A stretch of DNA of 64,000 nt from Eledone cirrhosa (lineage: Eukaryota), in NCBI GenBank assembly GCA_964016885.1, contig OZ024740.1, forward strand, positions 156,674,001 through 156,738,000. Reading direction: 5' to 3'. The notes under the pieces are model-generated. The model was given only the letters and a program-made list of their open reading frames with translations. It did no database searches and was not told the DNA's origin. Of this stretch, positions 12,721 through 32,134 are shown piece after piece (the stretch's first letter is position 1; each line of letters begins with the position of its first letter). The position numbers and the translations under genes are program-made.

Positions 12721-13960
12721 ATATATATATATATACTGCCTCTCTGTTTTGTCCCTGTTCAAATTTTTCCATTATATATATATATATATATATAAAAAAA
12801 CATGAGAAGAAAGAATACTGCGTGGTTGCACATGGGTTACATATGATAAAAATAGTCCTTCGTCAGTGATTTTCCAACCTTCATTGGTATGTCTTCGCTT
12901 TAAAAATCATATCCCTCCGGTTGGTGCAAGCAATAGCTAAATAAAGCTATTGGGACAATTAAATCGCGTAAAGCGAGCGAGACAAGGTAAACAACAGGGA
13001 AGGATAGCAAGGCAAAGATAGAAAAATACAAGCAGCATGGAAATCCGGTCAGCTTAAGCTGGGTGGATTTCATGAGCGAGAGAGATATACAGACCGTCCG
13101 ACGTGAGTGAGATGTGAGCAAGAAGAAAACCCACTACAATATATGTATATATATATATATATGTATATATATATAGGTAAGTTATTCCGGGTTGAATCGG
13201 AGGTAACCACAGTAAGTAAGGTACTCAATACATAGCAGAGTATAAAAGTGTTAATATAGACGAGATTCTACATGGACTATATTTCTCAAGAATGAAACAG
13301 TTCTAGTCCTGTAGAATCTCATCTCTCTCTCTCTATATATATATATATATGTATAGATTTAGCTCTAGACCTAGCTATTGACCAGTTAATTTTATTGTTC
13401 ATCTTTTGTCAATTCTATTAAATGATGAATAGCTCCTGTTTATTTTAACATGTCTATTGAGCACTCTTATTCGATATGTGTATTTCCACATTTTCCCGAA
13501 TATTTTTCGCGGATGTAGAGGTTATCTCCCTTGCCGAATTCCATGTGCGTATTTAGCTTGGGTTATGCCTTCTCATTCGTTTGGACAAAGCTCGTTGAAG
13601 AAGTAAATTTCCTGTCCACTGGTACCTAGAAGTCTTATATATTTTTATGTGAGCTGATAGAGAACAGTTTAAGGATTTACAGAAACCCAAGAAGCTAGAT
13701 TTAACATCTTGCTAGCGGGTCCGGGTCTGCTTTTTACATTCATTTAATTTATTGATTTATTGATTTTTTATCTGAGTGTCCCGAATCTTCCAGATCGCAA
13801 ATTTTCGATCGTACGGTTGAATATAGACTTGTTCTATGTGTGACGGTATTTTAACGCTAGTTATAGCTCTGATTTATCTAAATTATGGAGCCCTCTGCCG
13901 CTCATATCGAATTTTGTTTATCGTGAACTCGTGCGCCGATTTTTCGATACTCGATTATTC

Positions 13961-14021
<61 letters not shown>

Positions 14022-14163
14022 TATGTATATATGGCGTGAAGCGCTTTCAAACAGTTTTTATCTATAGAAGACACTTTTTCAAAGTGTCTTGCACTGCGAC
14101 TATTGCAAAGGAGATATCTTATCTACACACCCATGTTACACACACACACAGGCACACACACAT

Positions 14164-14200
<37 letters not shown>

Positions 14201-14245
14201 GAGAGAAAGAGAAACGGGGAGAGAGAGAGAGAGAGAGAGGAAAAC

Positions 14246-14281
<36 letters not shown>

Positions 14282-14422
14282 GTATGTTTATGCTAAGGAA
14301 TGCTATAAAATAGCTTATAAAATAGGGTGAAAAGAATTTGGCTTTGGCTGCGTGTGTTTGCGAGCGTGTGTGTGTGTGTTAGCGAGAGAGAGAGGGGGGA
14401 GAGAGAGAGAGAGATAGAGAGA

Positions 14423-14479
<57 letters not shown>

Positions 14480-15999
14480 AACGTGACTACCACAGAATAT
14501 TAACTGTAGAAGACGGTTGTGAAATTCAATATTTGGATCTCTCCATCATGTAAATAGTTTGATTCCCTTTTAAAGTAAACTTAAAAACAAAGTTTAGATG
14601 CTACAGCATTACACAAATGAACTGGATGCCACCTGGTTAAAAAACTGGCTTCGCAATTGATACCATTAAGTGGCATTCTTGGCCGAATGTCTTTTCCCTT
14701 AACCTCATATTCACCTAAGCTTCGTAAATGAAATTGGGATGATATAAGCTGTTTAAATGCACTATATAACAGTTGAGTTTGAGAGGAAGTGAGAAAGTCA
14801 TATAGCAAGAATAATCGACCTATGAAGTGGGATCATTTTTTTAATCATTGGCTGCCATCGAGTCGCAGGTTTTATATCAAAAGGTTCCCCTTCTAGAATG
14901 AACTAAAATGCACAAGTTAAATATTCGGTCCTAATACATATCTTTATTGAAATGTAAATTTGTTTTTGTATTTTGAAAGTTTAACTACATTATTTAAACT
15001 ATGAAGATTTATTTTAATGATATAAGGTTAATAAAGAAAATATACAAATTATGTAGGGTGTTTATAACATATAAAACCTATTCTGACTCGTACAAATGAC
15101 AAAAAGAAAAAAACAAAACAAAAAAAATCAATTATTATATTTGTATGATGAATTTAATACATCGAAATAGCGAAATAAAATAACAAGTTTATTAATTAGT
15201 ATCCGACACATGAAATAATTCTGCTTATTTACTATTGTCATTTAATTAAATTATGTAATTTGGTTTATTTAAACCTTTTTAAATATTAAAAATATTCTGA
15301 ATAACGTTAATAATAGTTAAGGGCTAATAGTAGTAGAATAATAGAGCAAGTGCAGAATCATTGAATCGAAATTGATTGCTAGCAAACATTTAATTAAAAT
15401 TCTATTGGATCAACCTTTAAAACACGGTCGTTTATAAACGTTAAGGGGTATATAGTACTATAGTAATAATAAAGTATTTACCCCGGTGCCTATGAAAATA
15501 TAGGCTCTATAATATATAATATTTTTGCTGCGAAGTTAATCTGGCATTATAAATAAGGAAACAAAAATACTATGAAGAATGTACAGATTGATAAAAGAAT
15601 GAATAAGTATAAAGAATCCGTTAATGAATGACGGACACAAGGTTTAGTGTTACGGAAAGAAAGAGAGAAATGAATAAATTGATATTCAAAAATGAAAGGA
15701 AGTAAGGAAGCGGGAGAAAAGAGAGGAAGAAAAGTAGAAAGGAAGAACATAGGAAAAGACGGAAGGAAAAAAAAAAAACTGAAGAAGGAAAACTCCCAAT
15801 ACGGATGTCATATGATGAGGCAGAGAGAGAATAAGATCAAAAGGAATTAATGCTAAAAGAAAGAAAGAAAGAAGTGTATAAAATAAGCTAAGAGAAAAGA
15901 CAGAAATAAATAAAGGAAAGAACACTTAAAGAACGGAAGGGGGAAGGACAGAGAGAGAGAAAGATAGGAAGAATATGTGAAAGGAAGAAAGACAGAAAA

Positions 16000-16055
<56 letters not shown>

Positions 16056-16119
16056 GGGTGAAGTCAGAAAGAAAGTGTTGGACGTCTGTCGTTTTCGACG
16101 ATGTGTGTTCAGTTTTCCG

Positions 16120-16390
16120 AACAAAAGAGCAGCCTGCTGGTGAAATTGACGCGAAAGGGGTTCTGTATTTCACAGGCAAATATGCACCCTTAACATAATT
16201 CTCAGGGAAATTCAGCGTGACACAGTGTGTAGCAATGTTGGCCTTTTTGCATCGCAAGGACAATTCATGTTTGCTAGCTGAGTGGACTGGAGAAAAGTAA
16301 GATAAAGTGTCTTCTACAGCGACGGAAAGATCTGTCGTAGAGAAACATTCATTACAGTCGGGAATTGAACACCATAATTATTGAGCGACG
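16120..16390 (-). mobile_element. Second SINE family (minus copy)
   Basis: cttaacataattctcagggaaattcagcgtgacacag is the reverse complement of the tails at ~52180-52215 and ~52775-52810. Those copies have tRNA-like heads. Confidence 0.6.
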
Positions 16391-16619
16391 TGAATTCCCA
16401 CAGAAAGAATGACAAGGGTTAAACGTCAGATCACTTCATTTTCTATTCAGCATAAATATTTCCACTGTACACACATTGTTCTTATTTTTGTACAAGTATT
16501 TTTCTCAGCCACCTGTCTTTTTTTCACCCTTTCTTCTCTGTGTTCACCCAATTTGACGTCTTACATTTTAGTGAATCGGGGTTTCCCTGAGACTCGGCCT
16601 CCAGATCTGCTAGCCACAC

Positions 16620-17290
16620 AAATATCGCTGCGAATCCACCGTAGACACTTTCAGCCTTCACTCACTGCCCTGTCGCGACAGTGCTGACCACCGTCTACGC
16701 CATGCTGTTCTCAACGGGGTTACAAAGCATGGCTTGGATGCTGCAGGCTTCCCTTCCCAGGTCGAGCCGGCATGACAATCTTCCTGTTCCGTGGTGATAA
16801 ACCCCTCATCAGGGATACCACATGCAGCAACACTTTCTCCAACGCAACCTGGTGCAGTCTGCACCTAATCCAGGCTCTGCTGTACTTCGGACGAGGAGGG
16901 TAAACTCTCCAAATATCGGTCGCTCTCCGACTGGTTTGCTACAGAGCCCGTAGCAGTGGAGACTTCTTGTGTCCTTGCCCCTGGACCACCTCCCCATTCA
17001 CCACCATCGCACGGAATTGGCTACCCGAAAGTGTGAGACTTGCGAGCTGGAATAGCTCTTCCAGCGCGTTCCCTCACCACCACCCGGGGAAACACCTTCT
17101 CTATTCTGTCCGCCGGGACTGCAGGGCGGCCAACGCCTGGGCCTCCATTTGAGAGATAGGGAGAGCAGGAGAGACGGAGGCAGTGACAGTTGGGGGGGGG
17201 GGGGGGTTCCATTGTATTCGGACCTGATGTATATGTATATATTTATTAACCACACCACATATATTATATATCTATATCATATATACACCT
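16620..17290 (+). mobile_element. CRE-clade non-LTR retrotransposon 3' fragment (RLE domain)
   Basis: Reads RHAVLNGVTKHGLDAAGFPSQVEP...KYRSL...PVAVETSCV...G. Homologous to 31278-31530. Confidence 0.75.
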
Positions 17291-17354
17291 TTCTTCACTA
17301 AAGGCCACTTGGGGAAAACTGCTTGACCCACCGTTCATTTTTGTCCTCGTGACC

Positions 17355-17390
<36 letters not shown>

Positions 17391-17440
17391 AGCGCACGCA
17401 TACACACACACACACACGCACGCACAGACACAGACACACA

Positions 17441-17539
17441 CAATCAAATTCTAACTCAGTCGGATACAATATGAAAATCCTGTGGTGTTAGAAATACACG
17501 TACATGTCCACACACACACACTCACACACCCACACACAT

Positions 17540-17584
<45 letters not shown>

Positions 17585-17650
17585 CATGTACGTGTATTTC
17601 TAACTCCGCTGGATTTTCATATTGTATCCGACTCAGTTAGAATTTGATTG
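17441..17650. repeat. Imperfect palindrome with (CA)n/(TG)n centre
   Basis: caatcaaattctaactcagtcggatacaatatgaaaatcc...gttagaaatacacgtacatgt pairs with acatgtacgtgtatttctaac...ggattttcatattgtatccgactcagttagaatttgattg. Confidence 0.9.
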
Positions 17651-18101
17651 ACCAATTTACTATCAGGGCATAATTTTATAAACTGTGAACTATATATAAA
17701 ACATACATGCACAACCCATCATATATGTTATTATAGAAATAACTTCTAGAGCTGATAATTTCTTATGAATGAAACAATTCTAGTTCTGTAGAAGTTATTT
17801 GTATAATAAAATAAAGATGCCTATACTCTGCTTATACAGAAAGAGATAAGGAAGGAAAACAAGAACGAAGGAGAGAGAGAGCGAGGAAGGAAGAAGGGAA
17901 AATATGTGGTGGGGTAGTAGGGTATAAAAAGGAATAGACAGGCAGGTAGGTTGCTGGTTAGATATGTGAATGGAAGGAAGATAGATTGATGAATGAACTT
18001 ATAGATAGACAGTCAGACAGACAGACAAACAGACATACAGACAGACAGAGAAGCAGGCAGGCAGATAGACAGACAGGCACGCAGGCAGTCAGGTAGGTAG
18101 G

Positions 18102-18160
<59 letters not shown>

Positions 18161-18627
18161 GGTGGGGAGATGGGAGAGAGAGAGAGAGAGAGAGAGAGTT
18201 AGTTAGTTAGGCACCATGGTCAGTAGTTAAATAAAGGAATAGATATATGAATAGGAGTAGATAGATATCTTTCTTTATTTGCCACAAGGGCGTACTAAAA
18301 TGGGACATTACAAAACATGACGGCGGGGGCTGGTTAGATATAAGAACTTATAGATGGAGAGATAGATTGTAGGACAGATGCGTAGGTACATAGAAGGATA
18401 GATGAATGTGTAGATAAGTAGATAAATAGATGGACAGATGGATGAATAGAGGGATGCATAGTAGGGTAGGATAAACGGATGAAGAGAAAGGTAGAACTAA
18501 TAGATAGAAAAATGGATAGATATATGGGTATATAAATAGTATAAATAGAAAGAAAGATAAATATAAAAGATAAGTATAAATAGAAAGAAAGATAAATAGA
18601 AAGAAAGATAAATAGAAAGAAAGATAA

Positions 18628-19250
18628 ATATCTATATATATAAAGTTGTATTCCTGTCTGTCTGTTTGTTTGTTCACGAACTACTCCAATTGTTTTGGAG
18701 ATAGACCACCATAACTATATAATATTCTGAAACTACATTGTCCAGGGTACTTGGATAAGTATATTTCATTTTAATCAAAACCCCCGCTGAAAATGTTTTC
18801 CCTTCGATTCATACGAAATTTAGACCATATGTAAATGACAAGATATGATGCCTATTCACAAAATTTCAGCAAATTTCAATAGTAAAATCCTCTATTAGGG
18901 TACCCCGGAGGCACAAACCCCCGCCGAAAATGTTTTCCCTTCGATTTATATGAAATATAAACCATAGGTAAATGACAAGATATGATGTCTATTCACAAAA
19001 GCTTTGAATTGATATTTTGAAAAAAATTATTTACAAGAAACAAAATAAGAATAAGATTTAATAATGTAATTTTGATTTGATACATTACAAAAGATAATGT
19101 TTTCCAATTTTTCATGCATCACATTTTACATTGAGTAATATTGAAATGCAGAGTTTTTCTCCATAAATTATATCTCTGATTTAAAATCAATCATCATTTT
19201 CTTACATAAAAATGTGTGAAACGCAGCAAGGTGCAGGTAATTCGGCTAAT
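18628..19250 (-). mobile_element. Helitron/Helentron-like non-autonomous element with internal ~139-bp tandem repeat
   Basis: Starts atctatatatataaag..(GTCT/GTTT)n and ends in a degenerate hairpin + gctaat. This mirrors the elements at 35729 and 58089. An internal duplication lies at 18778-18862 / 18917-19000. Confidence 0.55.
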
Positions 19251-19364
19251 ATATATATATATATATATATGTCTAAAACAAAGGTGTGGTAAGATACCAG
19301 GTGGACCTTAATACACCAGAGTACTCAATACTTAGTGTAGTAGATTGGGTAATATGAAAAGAGC

Positions 19365-19463
19365 CAGGACTCTGACGGCTGAGCTCCGGCCATTTCGACA
19401 GCTAGATCCGAACTCGGATTTAGCTGTCGAAGCGGCGGGAGCTCAGCCGTCGGGGTCCTGACT
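19365..19463. repeat. ~100-bp imperfect hairpin in an (AT)n-associated repeat family
   Basis: caggactctgacggctgagctcc..ttcgacagctagatccga pairs with tcggatttagctgtcgaa..ggagctcagccgtcggggtcctg. Single arms recur at 10635-10685 and 43668-43720. Confidence 0.8.
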
Positions 19464-19659
19464 TTTTTCATATATATATGTCTAGTTATTTAACTTTATA
19501 TATATATAAATGTGTGTGTGTATGTGTCGGGTTCAATAGGGGGTAACCGCAGTAAGTAAGGTACTCAATAGATTAGTAGGGTGCATACAACAAATTTATA
19601 TAGTAATGGCTTCTACTGGACCAGAACTGCTTCATTCGAAGAAAATCATCACCGAAGGC

Positions 19660-24150
<4,491 letters not shown>

Positions 24151-24487
24151 ATATACTAATTCTGTCAGGCAAATACCTTATACCTCAACACTAAGACACA
24201 ATGGTAAGTACTCTTTGTATTATATAACTTTCATTTTTGTTATATTTTTTATTATCAGTTGACTTTTTGAAGTTCCTTTTTATGTCCTACCCATTTCCAT
24301 CCTCTGTCTACTGTCTTGCTTTTCAAACCCATTTGATTCCTATGTAAACTCTCACAGATTTTGTAATCCTGTCCCTGCAGTGAATCGCCATGAATGGGCC
24401 TTGTGACAATAATATAGTAAATATTATAGTAAATAATATATTAAATATTATTATTATAGGGCGCGTGTATCAGCCCAAACATTAGAG

Positions 24488-24953
24488 CAGGGGTTCTCAA
24501 AGTGGGTGCTTCTGCCCCAGGGGGCATTGAGAAATTCCAGGGGGTTGGTGCCAAAGGATGCGGGTGGTAGAGATGATGTAATAGTATATTAGATATCAAA
24601 TGATATATATTATATATAAATATAGTAAAATATATAATTGTTTGTACTTTTGGCACAAGGCCAGCAATTACCCAGTGTATTACTGTTACTTTATTTTATC
24701 GACCCCATAAGGATGAAAGGCAAAGTTAACCTCGACGGATAATAATATATAATATTTATTTATAGTAAATTATATAATATTTATTCATACATAGTATATA
24801 TTATATTATTTATTATATATAAATTAACGATTTTATTTATATATCATTTACAATTTGCATGTAGGTACGTCTCTCTGGAAATAGGAGTGGGGGCGCTGAG
24901 GGTATTACGTGGCCGTGAATGTGGGGGCGGCCCAAAAAGTTTGAGAACCTCTG
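24488..24953. mobile_element. hAT (Charlie-like) MITE with 8-bp TSD and nested SINE fragment
   Basis: TIRs caggggttctcaaa / tttgagaacctctg. Identical 8-bp flanks CATTAGAG at 24480-24487 and 24954-24961. A SINE piece lies at ~24635-24740. Confidence 0.9.
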
Positions 24954-24954
24954 C

Positions 24955-29310
<4,356 letters not shown>

Positions 29311-30658
29311 TCTCTTTTTCTCATTCGTTCTCTCCTCCCTCTGCTCTGGAATAAATCAGCTATGTTCAGAGACAGAGTGGGATGGGCTAAACGAGGTTTA
29401 AAAGGCTCAAGACACGTCCTGTGTTTGGACAGCGACACTACAACTACATAAGTAGTTAAGGACCTTTCTTTTCCTTTCAGGTACTGGAATCCATAAAATC
29501 GACTGTCACACCACTGAACGTAATTTTCCGGTCTTCTAAAGAAACATTTATTACACACATCACATACACAACATAATTTTTCTCTTTTCTCCAGACTTGT
29601 TCTTCACTCTCTCGTTCAAACTTACTCCGCCTCATATCATGAATTTCATCAAACTTTTAATTACTTTTCAAGATCCTGTTACAATATCTCGTGTAGTTAA
29701 ACTGCTCTCCGATTTATGTAACGGTTAAGGTTACACGTCTGTGTTTTGCATGCATTTATCTTCGTTATCTCTCTCTCTATCTATCTTTCTCTATCTATCT
29801 CTCTCTATCTATCTTTCTATCTCTTTCTCCCCCCCCCCCTCTATGTATCTATCTTTCTATCTCTTTTCTCTCTATATATATATATATATCTGTCTATTTC
29901 CGCCTTTCACTTTCTCCGCCTGCTTCTCTCATGCCCTCTCTGTCTCTTCTTTAACTCTGTCATGCTTTCTCTATCGCTAGCTCTCTGTCTTTCTTGCACC
30001 CCCTCTCTCTCTCTTGTTCTCTGTTACTCGCCCCCTCACTCTATTTCCCTCACTCTCTCTTGCTCTGTTTCTCTGTTTCTCTGTCACACACTCTCTGCCT
30101 CTTTCTTTCACTCCCTCTTACCATTGTTCTCTGCATAACTGCTTTTATTCCTTTATTGGTTTTCAGTAGTTTCTATCTATCGGTGTTTCGTTCTCTCTCT
30201 CACACATACACACTTTCACTCTCTCTTTCTCTCTCCCTCTCTATCTTAGTATATTTCTAGTTGTGTCTACCTGTCTATTTGCCTGTCAGTCTCTGTCCTC
30301 CTATCTTAGCATAACGTCACCGTAGTGACCCATATCCATCACTATCCATGACCCACACACATATCATCAATACGTCTGAACACAACCTAACATACCGTAC
30401 ATATTCCACTTTAAACATAAAGTAAAAAATAAAATCTGATCACGCTCTTCACAACCATACCTCCCATACATAACAATAATTGTTTCTACTTTTGGCACAA
30501 GGCCAGCAATTACCAAGTACATTACTGGTACTTTATTTTATCGACCCCGGCGGGATTTGAACCAAAGTAATTACAGGTACAGAGTCGGCAACATCCTTAG
30601 GCAGCAGTCATCATATTATTGGGTGCTCTTTTTTTCTCATTCGCTCTCTCACTCTTTC

Positions 30659-30716
<58 letters not shown>

Positions 30717-30762
30717 TATATATACATTGGACGGATATGTGTCCTCATCTTGTTTTGTTGTT

Positions 30763-30808
30763 AACACAACGTTTCGGCTGATGCACTCTGCAGCCTTCAT
30801 CAGGTGTC
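30763..30808 (-). ncRNA. Minimal type-I hammerhead ribozyme
   Basis: Minus strand: GACAC-CUGAUGA-A-GGCUG(CAGAGUGCAU)CAGCC-GAAA-CG-UU^-GUGUU. Stem I GACAC/GUGUU, stem II 5 bp, palindromic stem III (AACGUU) of the dimer type. Confidence 0.8.
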
Positions 30809-30866
30809 CAAGTGATGTTATTAACGTTTGTTCAGGCCACTGCCTAGAATTGTATTCGGAATCAAA

Positions 30867-30990
30867 AGGTTAGTAGCCCACTTGTTAACCCCCCCTGATT
30901 TTTTTTTTCTCGTGAAAAAAAATAATTTCACGAGAAAAATAAAATCCACGAGAAAAAAATTCACGGGGAAAAAAGGCGGGCTACTAACCT
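30867..30990. mobile_element. 124-bp mini-MITE with perfect 13-bp TIRs
   Basis: aggttagtagccc ... gggctactaacct, with internal repeated cacgagaaaaa/ctcgtgaaaa motifs. Confidence 0.65.
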
Positions 30991-31065
30991 CAAGATACCC
31001 TTGAAATATATATAATAAGATAAATATGGTTTTATAAAGATAGTTTCCATTTATTAATATCATTG

Positions 31066-31100
<35 letters not shown>

Positions 31101-31104
31101 TACT

Positions 31105-31270
31105 ACGTATAAGTGGAAGTTATAGCCGCAATATAGCAGGGACCAATCGAATTGTTTGAAGCAGTCACAAAGCACTCAATGGTGCGAAAATTTAATACAT
31201 TTTCGTCCAGATTGAACACCAAGTTAAGGAAGTGTGACGCCAAGAAAAGCAACCAAAAGAATATGGCTAT
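31105..31270 (-). repeat. Interspersed repeat shared with 38800-38950
   Basis: gccgcaatatagcagggaccaatcgaattgtttgaagcagtcacaaagcactc is the reverse complement of 38880-38932. Confidence 0.8.
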
Positions 31271-31277
31271 ACTTATA

Positions 31278-31560
31278 CCACAACCACTCCTCAAATACCG
31301 GTCACTCTCTGACAGGTTTGCGGTCGTTCCCCTGGCAGTGGAAACTTCTGGTGTCATCGGCCCCAGGGCTACCTCCTTACTCACCACCATAGGCGCTGAG
31401 CTGGCCAGCCGTAGGTGTGAGTCCCGCGATTTGGAGTGGCTTTCCCAGCGCGTCTCCCTTGCCGTCCTCCGGGGAAACGCCTTCTCCATTCTGTCCGCCG
31501 GGGCAGTGGGTGGGCCCTATCGCATACCATTACATTAGTTAAATACCATTCTTTCATCTC
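31278..31560 (+). mobile_element. CRE-clade LINE 3' end
   Basis: KYRSLSDRFAVVPLAVETSGVIGPRATSLLTTIGAELASRRCESRDLEWLSQRVSLAVLRGNAFSIL is a canonical CRE RLE C-terminus (P.A.ET.G..G, QR.S.A..RGNA). Confidence 0.85.
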
Positions 31561-31905
31561 ATACATATATATAACACACTTGCCTCTCTGTTTTTGTTCC
31601 CGTCCCTCATTACCACGATAAATGCAAATAGATATGTTTTTAAATGTTAGGTATGTTTCAAAAGTGTTCCTGGGCAGTCTATCGTCAAACTTCGTAACCA
31701 CATAAGATACCATAGGAGAAAAGTTGAGAACATTTGCCATACCTTCTCCCACTTTCAATCCAAATATCGAGGTTTCTTGGTTCTATACTTACGGTGAGGT
31801 ATTGTTTGGCACGCTAAGCCAGACATCAGATTGCTCTCGAACAACTTTGAAACATATTTTGTTCTTTAACAAAGTACTATAAACACACACACACATACAC
31901 ACACG

Positions 31906-31949
<44 letters not shown>

Positions 31950-32134
31950 TATATATGTGTATCCCCGGTTCTATCGGGGGTAACTACAGAAAGTAAGGTA
32001 CTCAATACATAGCAGAGATTAAATATTCAATGTAGAAATGGCTTCTGCCGGACTATAACTGTTTCATTCGGGGCTTTCCTGATGATTTCCTTCGAATGAA
32101 ACAGGTCTAGTCCTGTAGAAGTCATTTCTATATT

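Noticed and set aside
12819-13138. Possible solo LTR (TG...CA)
   Set aside because: No matching TSD, no second copy, and no PBS or PPT seen.
14581-14808. 75-aa ORF in unique-looking sequence as a possible host exon
   Set aside because: No recognisable domain, non-ATG start and no convincing splice context.
16795-16830. CTGATGA on the minus strand
   Set aside because: It lies inside the CRE ORF remnant and has no properly placed GAAA, stem III or stem I.
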